64,000 bases of DNA from positions 33,296,001 to 33,360,000 of the forward strand of contig CM119371.1 in the NCBI GenBank assembly GCA_051294905.1, in the 5' to 3' direction. Within the stretch, counting starts at the first letter, position 1. Every line of letters starts with the position of its first letter. This document shows positions 39,979-51,920 of the stretch, piece by piece. Origin of the DNA: Botryllus schlosseri. Taxonomy: Eukaryota. The translations under genes were made by a program, and so were the position numbers. The notes beneath the pieces are model-generated. The model ran no database searches. It saw nothing but the letters and a program-made list of their open reading frames with translations, and had not been told where the DNA came from.

Positions 39979-42043
39979 CAGGGTTGCCATACCGTCCTTA
40001 TTTCTAAGATTTGTCCTTATTTTGAAGGGTCACGTCTTAGAAAACTCAACTGTCCTTATTTCTAAGAAACGTCCTTATTTTCGACTTGCGTCCTTATTTT
40101 GTCTTATTTTCAACCACTACTGAGCTTCGATCGTTTTTCTCTGGTATCTGTGTTGCATAATATTCTAAAATTATGCTTTCGCGTCGAGATTTTATGACAT
40201 CATAACTGAAAGGAACTCTCCCGACGTAGGCTACATACCACAGGATTGAACTTATAAGTTGGGCGATAGCCAGTGTTGGGATCAAGTCACTACCTTCGAG
40301 TCACGAGTCATCTCGAGTCATTGCAGATTTTGACTCGAGTCAAGTCAAGTCAATCGATTTTCGAATTTGACTCGAGTCAAGTCAAGTCACTCGTTTTTTG
40401 GAGGTGACTCGAGTCAAGTCAAGTCAAGTCAAGTCAAGTCAAGTCAAGTCAAGTCAAGTCACGAGTCAAGTCACAATTCAAGTCAAATTGAATTTTCGAA
40501 GCATGAAAGAGGATTCAAAGTCATTACATTTTGCTAGCTGAGTGAATGACAGATTAATTGGCCATATATCTTGAATCAAATAACGAATGTAAAGTTGAGT
40601 ATACACACAAAATTACGCTATATCGCTCACGCACACCGAGAACTGCTAATAAAATACACGGGTAACTGTATATAGCTACATGGTACAGTCTGTTATTATT
40701 AGCCAAGATAAAGAGGATCGAATGCGAAGACGTGAGAAGTTGATACAAATCGATACGGTACAATGCACTACCCATTTACACATCCATGACAATATAACAC
40801 GCATTAACTATATTCGTTCGATTTAAATTATACAAGAGGGTTGGTAAAGCAGAGTTCTCAGCAATGTCAGCACTGAGACATCCAAGAAACAGAGGTCCGT
40901 TGCTATACTACCACTACGACAACGTAAGCTGTATTCATTTCGTTTGCAGTCAATTAATTTGTGATGTAACAATGAAGGACCAGCGAAATGTGCAATCAAT
41001 GAATGACTGGTTGCTCTCACAAGTTGACACCACCATATCGCAAACAATCGGAACATACATAAGATACAGGGATTTATTCGACACTGTTCACTTGATGACT
41101 TGAAATTGACTCGTAAATTTTGCTTCGAGTCACGAGTCAATCCACATTTCTGAAGCGTCGAGTCAAGTCAAGTCAAGTCATTTTCGCAAAGTGACTCGAG
41201 TCAAGTCAAGTCATACGAAAAAGTTGACTCGAGTCTGACTCGAGTCAAGTCATGACTCGAGTCATCCCAACACTGGCGATAGCTAGGGCAGTGAGTGGTG
41301 GTATAGCTACCGCAGTGCACGTCATTTTAGCAGTAAACAGCAGTGACAGGTTCCTGCTGTTTTTGATCTACGGCAGAATAAGATCAAGCTGTGTGGAAGG
41401 CAGCATTTATTGTGTAGTGAAAAAAGGCGCAGTGCAGTCGGCACATAGGTTAAAAAGTAGTAAAACTATAAATCATTGGTAAATTTTTCTAAAATATATT
41501 GCACTTGCGCATATAGTTTTAGCTACTACTAAGGCTAAATCTAATTAGTTAAATGAGCAGGCGTTAAAACGTTTTTTGCGACGGTTATGAGATTCCAACA
41601 TCGCAAATAAGTTTTCTTCGGCCAGGACCAAGACTACAACCATTGTTATTGGAGTTCTTGCTTCATACGCTCAAAAATGATTTTGTCCAGACTTGGTGTA
41701 CGGCCTTTTCCCATCTTGGTTGACGCCTCTGGTCACAACGAGGTAAAGAAATTGGTTTATCACCGTATGGGCGGGGGGGCGGGCAAGACCAACGTATTTA
41801 TAGGGGACTGACGAAGTGCTGTTTCGGCCCTGAGTGCAGGTAAATCTATACCTGAGCTGTCGTGACATCTATAAAGAACTTTCTAATAACAAGGAGTTGC
41901 CGGGTAAAATTGTTTCTGGCGAGGAGTATGGAATGTGATATGCCACGGCTCGTAAAAATACAAAGTATGTACAGAAACGCTCTTTAATGCTAATCTAATT
42001 TTCGACTGTCCTTATTTTTGAGTCCATGTCGATGGCAACCCTG
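39979..42043 (+). mobile_element. hAT non-autonomous element (CAGGGTTGCCA TIR) inserted in the hATm-type gene
   Basis: Termini CAGGGTTGCCAT...ATGGCAACCCTG; exact TSD ACTATAGT; GTCCTTATTT subterminal repeats. Confidence 0.88.
40271..41275. mobile_element. hAT MITE with GACTCGAGTC palindromes and a (CAAGT)n tract
   Basis: Termini CAGTGTTGGGAT...ATCCCAACACTG; exact TSD GCGATAGC; CAAGT tandem run at about 40414-40460. Confidence 0.9.
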
Positions 42044-43572
42044 ACTATAGTGCTAGTGAGAATGGAGTCCGGTGATATCCACGTAGATACAGTATGGGAT
42101 GTATGTCGTATTTGCATGATTAATACATATCAAGGTTATTAGAGAGTTCATGTTATGAAAACTGATAAAATGTGAATAAAGGAAGGAAATTTAGAAAGGC
42201 AATCTTTCGTGCATAGTGAATAATTCGAGCTGTGCCACAACGAAACAATTTTCGATGATGGCCATGTGACAACCGCACATATTAATATCGAAGTCTTTAG
42301 CTAACCATAGACGGTCGGCACACTTTCATTATCAGGCCATATTGTAGAAACGACTTTTCTCGATAGTTTGGCTCTAGTATCCAACACAAAATCCTGAGTT
42401 AAGTAGGCTACAGGAAATCGCACTGAGCCTGGCATCCGCACTGGAATTGTTACGATCCAGCGGGTTAAGAAAGACTGCAGTATAACACACGCATACAGGG
42501 TTGCAATCAGGGCTCTAATCAAGTCACAAGATTCTGAATCACAAGTCTATATGTCTTTTATAGTTTTGCCTCGAGTGCGGTCAAGTCATCTTTAATTCTC
42601 CACCGAGTCAAGTCCGAGTCCAAATTCAGGTCGAGTAAGAGCCATAGTGCTAGGATCCGACTTCGTGTTCAAGTCCTAGTGATTATCGTTCATTATCGAG
42701 TTCAACTCACTTCTGTCACTCTTGGGTGATATCGAAGACGTCGGATTCGGAAAACATACTTATTTATATCTCTAAAGATATCATTTTCAAACAGACGAAA
42801 TTCGGTCCTGGTATATTCGAATAAATCATCTGGAATTCGCTGTTCAATTCGTATACGTCGGGTCAATATACAAATTCACTCGAGTTGATTCGAGTCATCT
42901 CCATTTTAAAGAAGATTACTCGAGTCACGTAGAGTCAACAAAAATTGCGACTATAGTCGGACGAAATTAGAGTCATTACAACCCTGGTTCAATTTGCTGG
43001 CTTTTCTTGATATCTCCATCCAACGCAACTAACTGCCAAACTGTCATGGAAGCGTCTTCACTTTTTTCTTCCAGCAATTTCACTTTTTCTGCCAATATTT
43101 TCTGTTACTAAGCGATTGTGAAGGTGGTACAGCCTTAAATGGTCCAATGTCTAATGTTACGGCATGGATTATGATAATCATGCAATAATCATTAATATTG
43201 TGTCGAAACGAAGACTTAATGTTTTTGTGTCATAACCTAACGATAGAAATTGAGAGCCTGTGTCTGATTAAGCGGAAAATTGTCCGTATTAATGGAAGTC
43301 ATTTACTTGGAACTTTTGTTCTGTTCCTTGAGCACTTTGACTGAATAAATCTGTGGTCCCAGATATCTGTTGCTCGAATTAAGCAGAGTCTACTGTATGA
43401 CCTCGTAATTACTCGACGGGGTCAGCTGCAGTGTGTCTCAAGCTGTGTTGAGCAGTCTGTTGTCACATCGTCAAGCGTAATTTAATACCCCCTACAAACT
43501 GCGCGCGTGACCGATTAAAGGTTCGGTTACATGTGGGGTCGCGACGAGTCGAGTCGATGCGCAACGAGCTAG

Positions 43573-44000
43573 CAGAGATGAGCGGATTTGAAATTTCTAT
43601 GTCCTAATCCAATCCAAATCCGAACCTTCAAATCCAAATCCAAATCCTAATCCATAACTTTTTCATATTCAAGTCCATGTCCAATCCTAATCCGATTCCA
43701 ACTGGAAATTCGGAAAAAAATACTAATTTATGCAATGAAGGGATTTGAAAATTTTCTTTCTCAACCAACAATTCACTTGATTCAAGATAACTTAGTAACC
43801 ATAAGTACATTAATAACTGATCTGAATAAAGTTTGTCGCCATTCGCCACACGACATTTCAATCTCCAAGAAAATAGGTAAATCCAATCCAAATCCTAATC
43901 CGTTCTGAAAAAAATGTATAATCCAAATCCGATCCAAATCCGACAAAATTTTACAAATCCTGTTTTTTCAAAACCTAATCCTAATCCATGCTCATCTCTG
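43573..44000. mobile_element. hAT MITE with AATCCA repeats inside the Harbinger left arm
   Basis: Termini CAGAGATGAGC...GCTCATCTCTG; exact TSD CGAGCTAG. Confidence 0.9.
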
Positions 44001-44536
44001 CGAGCTAGTAGGAGACTAATCAGTGATCCATAACTGGTAATAGGCCAATCAGATCGGAGCCTTTTGTACTCGGGTGTTTATGTGAGTGCAGGGTTATGGA
44101 GAAGCTGAGTTATGGAAAAAGTGCTTAAAACTGTTCAATATGTTCACCAAAGGGCTTCTCCGATTCCTGTACCCATATGTACCTTCGCAATTTTGAGCCT
44201 ACAATATGTTGTACCGATGAGTATGGCAAGAGATCTTTGATGACCTATGACCTGAATACTCCGCTATGCTCGTATACAGTCTTGCCAGATAACAGCTAAT
44301 TAGACTTAACTCAATATGTTAGTACACGGTTATGGAGATCACCAGACATAAGACAAGTGCATAACATGCTCTGTGTGTAAAGTTAAGACATCCTGGGTAT
44401 TTATCCTGTAATAAAACCATACGTACAGTCACATAGTATTCAGTCTATGTTAAATTGCCGACTACTAGTATGGCAAGAGGTTCTCGATCTCTTTCGGCGG
44501 GTATTTTTCTCCGATTGCACTCACGTACTGACGAAA

Positions 44537-45292
44537 ATGAACTGTTTCGAAGAAATAATCAATGGTGTTAGGCAATATCCTTGCCTTTACGACCCTGGCG
44601 ACGGTAACTACCATAGCAAGAATGTAAAGGCCAACGCATGGAGCGCAGTTGCCAATTCACTTCCAATTCCAATGCAAATTCTGGATGTGAAAAGTCAATG
44701 GAAACACTTGAGGGACAAGTACCGAAAAATGAGGAATAAAATAAATGACAGCTACAAATCTGGAGCAGGAGCGAGTACCTCTCCGATATGGGAATACTAT
44801 GAAACCATGAAATTTCTGGATCCATTCCTGGATAGCAAAAAAACGATCACTAACACCGATGATACGAACAATTTAGATACCTCTGATATTGAAAGTTTGG
44901 ATCCGAGTCCGAGTTCTAACGAAGATTTCCACATTTTAAATTTGATAGCAGAAGGAGATTCGGAGACGACTCCACATGATTTACGAACTCCAAGAGAGTT
45001 GGAAACTATCGGCAACCTGGAAACTCCCAGAAATCGAAAAAGGTCATCTACTGTGTTGAACAATAACATCAGTGAACTCCAGAAAGCAATGAATACTATC
45101 GCGTCAGCTACGTCTGCACCTCGTCCTGCAGCTGCCCCTCAAAATATGGTAGCTGAAAAAGCACCAGTTCTTTGGGGTCTAATGAAAAGAGCTATCAATT
45201 TGCCGCAACCTGTTCTTCTTCAATTTGAGATGGATGTGCACCGAATACTTTTACCTTTGTTCAGTGAACATGGCCATGCTATTCAGCAATAA
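44537..45292 (+). CDS. MADF (Myb/SANT-like) DNA-binding protein of the Harbinger element
   Basis: IINGVRQYPCLYD...KANAWSAVA...VKSQWKHLRDKY...SGAG...WEYYETMKFL. Open frame of 251 aa from ATG 44537 (upstream in-frame ATG at 44447). The stop codon overlaps AATAAA. Confidence 0.9.
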   Translation: MNCFEEIINGVRQYPCLYDPGDGNYHSKNVKANAWSAVANSLPIPMQILDVKSQWKHLRDKYRKMRNKINDSYKSGAGASTSPIWEYYETMKFLDPFLDSKKTITNTDDTNNLDTSDIESLDPSPSSNEDFHILNLIAEGDSETTPHDLRTPRELETIGNLETPRNRKRSSTVLNNNISELQKAMNTIASATSAPRPAAAPQNMVAEKAPVLWGLMKRAINLPQPVLLQFEMDVHRILLPLFSEHGHAIQQ

Positions 45293-45494
45293 ACTTTTAT
45301 TGAAAAATGCAGACATTGTGCATCATTATTTTAGCGAAGGTTTGGCGCAGATGCTAATTTTTCAAACAGAATTGAAAAATGCAGATCATGTGCAGCATTA
45401 TTTTAGTGAAAGTTTCGAGCAGGTTCAAAATTTCAAACAGTAGCATATAGCAAACAAGACAGAAAATGAATTATAATGACATGCGATTAACGAA

Positions 45495-46582
45495 TCAGCG
45501 TACGCGATTGACATATTCAACTTGACCACTTATTTCACCGGCTGCGCTGGTAAAGTACTGCATGAAGGCTTCGCGTATAGCTTTTGCTTCTCCCGAGACA
45601 CCTCTTCCAACCAGATCGAAGGAAGTGAAGGCTGCAGATGAGTGATTGGGAATACTAGGTTCGCGCCGAGATGAGCAATTGTCTTTTCTGAGAAAATTGT
45701 GCAGACAGACACACGCTTTCACAACTTCATCCACATTTTCAGGTTTCAAGCACAACGGTTTGCGAAATACGCGGAATTTAGCAGACATAATTCCGAAAGT
45801 ATTTTCAACTGTCCTTCTGGCTTTTGATAAGCGGTAATTGAAAATTTTTCTTGACTGAGTGAGCTTTTTTGCCAGGAAGGGTCTCATCAAGTTGCGGCAC
45901 AACGGAAATGCCTCATCCGCAACGAAAACATGTGGCATACTGGGTAGTCCGGGTACTAATGGCTGGTCAGCAGGTAATTCCAATGTCCCGTCTATTATTT
46001 GTTTTCCGAAGTCGGAATGGCTAAATATCCCAGCATCAGCATTTCGTCCATAAGAGCCGATTGAAACCCACAGAAATTTATAATTTCCATCCGTTATTGC
46101 CATTAGCACCATGCTGAAGGTCTTTTTGTAGTTGAAGTACCAAGAGCCGGAATTTGGTGGAGCCTCTATTTCCACATGTTTTCCGTCGATTGCGCCGACA
46201 CAGTTGGGGAAGTTCCACCTTGATTGAAATTGCATGGATACCTCCTTCAATTTTGAAGATGTAGGTCGAGGTAAAACGATAGGTTGAAGGCAATTCCATA
46301 TGGCCTGACATGTTTCTGGGACGATTTTACAGATTGTTGTGTGGTGTATCCGAAAACTATAGCCAAGGGAATGGTAGTCATTTCCAGTAGCAAGAAATCT
46401 CAAAGTCACAGCAAGCCTCTCAGAAGGACCAATGGGTTCCCTCATACATGTGGCTTGTTTGGTGATACTTGGTCCAATCAGTCGCAGTAGTGCTTGGTAT
46501 TGCGCCTTGTTCATTCGGAAAAAGTTTATGAACATGTCTTCTCCCTCCAATGCCAATTCTTTAACAAGTTGGTGGAAATGAC
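45495..46582 (-). CDS. Harbinger (HARBI1/ALP1-like) DDE transposase, exon 2
   Basis: Motifs ERLAVTLRFLATG, FPNCVGAIDGKH, YFNYKKTFS, FVADEAFPL, FNYRLSKARRTVENTFG and CVCLHNFL. Acceptor caacag at 46583; uninterrupted frame. Confidence 0.93.
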
Positions 46583-46950
46583 CTGTTGAATATGAAAATT
46601 AGTGAGTAACAATGAGGCAATAAATACTGAGCCATCAAAAATGGTCTCAACAAGCTAGTTGTGTCTTGCGTTTTTATCTTATGACAACTCTCTCGTCACA
46701 TTATTATCAAGACCAGGGCCCGCGATGCTTGTTGAGCAGTAGACTAGTAGTAAAATTGGTCTTTGAAACGAGACCAAAAAACTGAAGCAACAAAAATTGT
46801 CTCAGTAAGCTAGTTGTGTCTTGTGTTCTTTTTAATGCCAACGTTCCGGTATAAATTTCAAGACCACAGACCAGGTTCTTTCTTGATTAGCAAAATTTGT
46901 TTAAAAACAAGACCAAACAGACTGATACGTTAAAAATTGACAATCTATAT

Positions 46951-47680
46951 CAGAGGTCTCAAACTCAAATGTGCTCGCGGGCCAGTTTTTCAGTTTTGAC
47001 GACGCCGCGGGCCGCAGCATTTATAGGGGTATTCTATGTCTTTCCAAGTAGGCCTTATTTGGCGGGAACGAATTGTCCTATTGAAAGTGAGCCGATCCAG
47101 CAGACTATCAGTAAACACACATCGTCAAAATGTGATTTACTCTTGTATAAATTTAGGCCTGGCAAGAAAAGAATCATCACATTTATAACTATTTGAATAG
47201 AATTGTTTTTGTACTTGATATATATTGATTATAACATATAGACACCATATGGGCGGACAAATAAATGATGCCATCATAAAAGCTATCGGGTTATAATTTT
47301 GCAGCTACTATGAATATTTTGAATTTAACAGATTGATAATAGAGACTGATCTGATATCAAAACATTTTTAGGTTGAGCATTGTAATTCCAATCCAGGATT
47401 CCGGTGTACTTCTGATAAGTAGGCTATTAATCTCATGGCCACATAGTGAATCTTCCACTGCATGGTATAGCGTTTGCAATTGATGTGACAGTGAAGTTTG
47501 ATGAATAGTTTCAGGTTTTTGGGGCAATTTAAGATGGGATTTGTCTTTATAACCTGAAAAGATATATGTGACACCAAAAAATATTTTCAAATTATTAAAA
47601 ATCTAAAATGTCGTCGCGGGCCGCACAAAATGCTCTGGCGGGCCGCATGCGGCCCGCGGGCAGCGTGCTTGAGACCTCTG
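46951..47680. mobile_element. hAT Charlie-type MITE in the transposase intron
   Basis: Termini CAGAGGTCTCAA...TTGAGACCTCTG; exact TSD ATCTATAT; GCGGGCCGC subterminal motifs. Confidence 0.9.
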
Positions 47681-48076
47681 ATCTATATATATACAGTCTC
47701 GGTTTTAAGACATCACTTGATCATTAAAACCCTAAATGATACTAAATCAACCTACTGTCTTGCATATGACTAGAGTGGACTTTGTGGTGTACTAGACCGG
47801 TACACCACCGTGATTCTATTAGAAAAAGTACGCGATATGGGAAACACTGACTATTACGATGGGAGCATTATATATTCCAGATTGGAAACTTTTCGAATAT
47901 TATAAAAAGCGGTTGCCAGATAATTTTAACCTGCATTTAGGTAGTGTTTAATACATTATGGCCAGAGTTGGAATCACTTGATATCCTTTTCCAAATACTA
48001 GGTGTCCTAAACAACATATTTAAAGCCGTTTCAAACTTCGGAAGATGCATAGAGCTGACAACCACCGAAATATATC

Positions 48077-51000
48077 CAAGCGTCCATTATGTAGGAAATT
48101 GCCTAATACGGGAATTCATATGTGCCAGACGCGATATCGATTTTCGCCTTTAATAGAATTGGTAGGAAGAACTTATCACCCTATTATGAATAGAAGGGGT
48201 CCCAAATAACACTTAACTGGCAGTTTCATGCTTCGGAACCTGCGTGGAGGCGAAAACCATCGAAATATATCCATGCGTAAATTAGGTGGGAAATGGCCTA
48301 ATATCCGAAATCAGAGGTCCCAGCCGCGATATCGACTTTAACCTTTAATGGAACTGGTAGGAAAAACTTGTAACCCTATTATGAATAGAAGGGGTCCCAA
48401 AGAACATTTAAAATGCAGTTTCATGCTTCGGAACCTGCGCGGAGGCGAGAACCATCGAAATATATTCTAGCGTAAATTAGGTGGGAAATGGCCTAATACC
48501 CGAAATCAGAGGTCCCAGCCGCGATATCGATTTTAACCTTTAATAGAACTGGTGGGAAGAACTTATCACCATATTATGAATAGAAGGGGTCCCAAAGAAC
48601 ATTTAAAAAGCAGTTTCATGCATCGGAACCTGCGTGGAGGCGAGAACCATCGAAATATAACCAAGCGTAAATTATGTAGGAAATTGCCTAATACATGAAT
48701 TTAGATGTGCCAGACGCGACATCGGTTTTAACCTTTAATAGAACTGGTAGGAAGAACTTACCAACCTATTATGAATAGAAGGGGTCCCAAAGAACATTTA
48801 AAAGGCAGTTTCATGCTTCGGAACCTGCGTGGAGGCGAGAACCATCGAAATATATCCAAGCGTAAATTACGTAGATATGGCCTAATACCCGAAATCAGAG
48901 GTGCCTGACGCGATGTCGATTTTAACCTTCAATAGAACTATGGTAGGAAAAACTTATCACCCTATTATGAATAGAAGGGGTCCCAAAGAACATTTAAAAA
49001 GCAGTTTCATGCATCGGAACCTGCGTGGAGGCGAGAACCATCGAAATATATCCAAGCGTAAATTACGTAGATATGGCCTAATACCCGAAATCAAAGGTGC
49101 CTGACGCGATGCCGATTTTAACCTACAATAGAACTATGGTAGGAAGAACTTATCACCCTATTCTGAATAGAAGGGGTCCCAAAGAACATTTAAAAAGCAG
49201 TTTCATGCATCGGAACCTGCGTGGAGGCGAGAACCATCGAAATATATCCAAGCGTAAATTACGTAGATATGGCCTAATACCCGAAATCAGAGTTGACTGA
49301 CGCGATGTCGATTTTAACCTTCAATAGAACTATGGTAGGAAGAACTTATCACCCTATTCTGAATAGAAGGGGTCCCAAAGAACATTTAAAAAGCAGTTTC
49401 ATGCATCGGAACCTGCGTGGAGGCGAGAACCATCGAAATATATCCAAGCGTAAATTATGTAGGAAATTGCCTAATACATGAATTTAGATGTGCCAGACGC
49501 GACATCGACTTTAACCTTTAATGGAACTGGTAGGAAGAATTTGTAACCCTATTATGAATAGAATGGGTCCCAAATAACACTTAAAAGGCAGTTTCATGCT
49601 TCGGAACCTGCGTGGAGGCGAGAACCATCGAAATATATCCTAGCGTAAATTAGGTGGGAAATGGCCTAATACCCGAAATCAGAGGTCCCAGCCGCGATAT
49701 CGATTTTATCCTTTAATAGAACTGGTAGGAAGAACTTATCACCCTATTATGAATAGAAGGGGTCCCAAAGAACATTTAAAAAGCAGTTTCATGCATCGGA
49801 ACCTGCGTGGAGGCGAGAACCATCGAAATATATCCTAGCGTAAATTACGAGGAAATGGCCTAATACCCGAAATCAGAGGTCCCAGCCGCGATATCGATTT
49901 TATCCTTTAATAGAACTGGTAGAAAGAACTTATCACCCTATTATGAATAGAAGGGGTCCCAAAGAACATTTAAAAAGCAGTTTCACGCATCGGAACCTGC
50001 GTGGAGGCGAGAACCATCGAAATATATCCTAGCGTAAATTACGAGGAAATGGCCTAATACCCGAAATCAGAGGTCCCAGCCGCGATATCGATTTTATCCT
50101 TTAATAGAACTGGTAGAAAGAACCTATCACCCTATTATGAATAGAAGGGGTCCCAAAGAACATTTATAAATCAGTTTCATCCTTCGGAACCTGCGTAGAG
50201 ACGAGAACCACCGAAATATATCCAAGCGTAAATTATGTAGGTAAGTGTCTAATACGGGAATTCAGATGTGCTAGACGCGATGGCAATTTTCACCTTTAAT
50301 AGAACTGTCAGAAGAACTTTTTCCCCATATATGAATAGAAGGGGTCCCGAAGAACATTTAAAAATCAGTTTCATCCTTCGGAACCTGCGTGGAGACGAGA
50401 ACCACCGAAATATATCCAAGCGTAAATTATATAGGTAGGTGTCTAATACGGGAATTCAGATGTGCTAGACGCGATGGCAATTTTCACCTTTAATAGAACT
50501 GGAAGGAAGAACTTTTTCCCCATATATGAATAGAAGGGGTCCCGAAGAACATTTAAAAATCAGTTTCATCCTTCGGAACCTGCGTGGAGACGAGAACCAT
50601 CGAAATATATCCAAGCGTAAATTATGTAGGAAATTGCCTAATACATGAATTTAGATGTGCCAGACGCGACATCGACTTTAACCTTTAATGGAACTGGTAG
50701 GAAGAACTTGTAACCCTATTATGAATAGAAGGGGTCCCAAATAACACTTAAAAGGCAGTTTCATGCTTCGGAACCTGCGTGGAGGCGAGAACCATCGAAA
50801 TATATCCTAGCGTAAATTACGAGGAAATGGCCTAATACCCGAAATCAGAGGTCCCAGCCGCGATATCGATTTTATCCTTTAATAGAACTGGTAGGAAGAA
50901 CTTATCACCCTATTATGAATAGAAGGGGTCCCAAAGAACATTTAAAAAGCAGTTTCATGCATCGGAACCTGCGTGGAGGCGAGAACCATCGAAATATATC

Positions 51001-51194
51001 CTAGCGTAAATTACGAGGAAATGACCTAATACCCGAAATCAGAGGTCCCAGCCGCGATATCGATTTTATCCTTTAATAGAACTGGTAGAAAGAACTTATC
51101 ACCCTATTATGAATAGAAGGGGTCCCAAAGAACATTTATAAATCAGTTTCATCCTTCGGAACCTGCGTAGAGACGAGAACCATCGAAATATATC
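48077..51194 (+). repeat. Tandem satellite, 16 units of about 195 bp
   Basis: GAATAGAAGGGGTCCC, CGGAACCTGCGTGGAGGCGAGAACC and CGAAATATATC recur every 194-196 bp. Confidence 0.97.
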
Positions 51195-51485
51195 CACGAA
51201 CGACACGCGGTTGATCACGAACGACACGCGGTTGTGATCCTTTTAATTTCACATCCACCTCGGCCTAGAGTGCCCGATGTCACAGTTCTCTTTGATGTTG
51301 ATCTTTTATTTTGAAGTCGTGGCGCATTCTACTAGTTCTTGCGCATTCCTTGTGAGTGACTTCTTTCGTCGAGGCTTCTTTTCGCCGTAATAACGGTGAC
51401 AGCGGGGAAGAGGGGCCCAGATAAACCTCCGACGGGTCCCCAGATTGGTAGGCGCTTATCGTCACCACTACGCTATGTCCCCCGC
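51195..51485 (-). other. tRNA-headed SINE-like sequence
   Basis: Minus strand starts GCGGGGGACA-TAGCGTAGTGG (Pol III A-box consensus TRGCNNAGYGG). No intact B-box. Ends in a duplicated 19-mer (51195-51234). Confidence 0.5.
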
Positions 51486-51769
51486 GATATATTTCGATGG
51501 TTCTCAGCTCCAAGCATCTTCCGAAGTTTGAAACGGCTTTTAATATGTTGTTTAGGATACCTAGTATTCGTCAAAGGATACAAAGCCATTCAACTCTGGC
51601 TATAATGTATTAAACACGACATAAATGCAGGTTAAAATTATCTGGCAACCGCTTTTCATAATATTCGAAAATTTTCCAATCTGAAATATAAAATGCTCCC
51701 ATCGTAATAATCAGTGTTTCCCATATGGCGTACTTTTTCTAATAGAATCACGGTGGTACCGGTACATAC

Positions 51770-51920
51770 CTTGCGACTTTCTGCGCAGGTACTACTGCCG
51801 CACCCATTTTGAGCGTTTTTTTCTCCTTGAATTCAATTTCCTCAGTTCCACCAAATAACATGCACCGACCAAGCATGCAGACGTAGCCAGCAAAATTTGA
51901 CGTCTTCTCTCGTCGTCCAT
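51770..51920 (-). pseudogene. Harbinger transposase exon 1 with in-frame TAG
   Basis: Reads MDDERRRQILL...RRKKRSKWVRQ*YLRRKSQ, then G|GTATGT. The phase-1 donor joins exon 2 to give G-HFHQLVKEL. Confidence 0.85.

Larger units (their letters stand above)
47803..51758. mobile_element. Foldback-type element with ~270-bp inverted arms carrying a satellite array; superfamily unassigned
   Basis: 47805-48076 is the imperfect reverse complement of 51486-51756 (CCACCGTGATTCTATTAGAAAAAGTACG...). Flanked by direct repeat CCGGTA(CA). Confidence 0.85.

Noticed and set aside
48901..49481. Three near-identical 62-67 aa ORFs
   Set aside because: They are by-products of class-B satellite units; other units have stops in the same frame.
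48077..51194. Possible CRISPR-like array
   Set aside because: The whole 195-bp unit repeats with no unique spacers, there are no cas genes, and the context is eukaryotic. It is a satellite.
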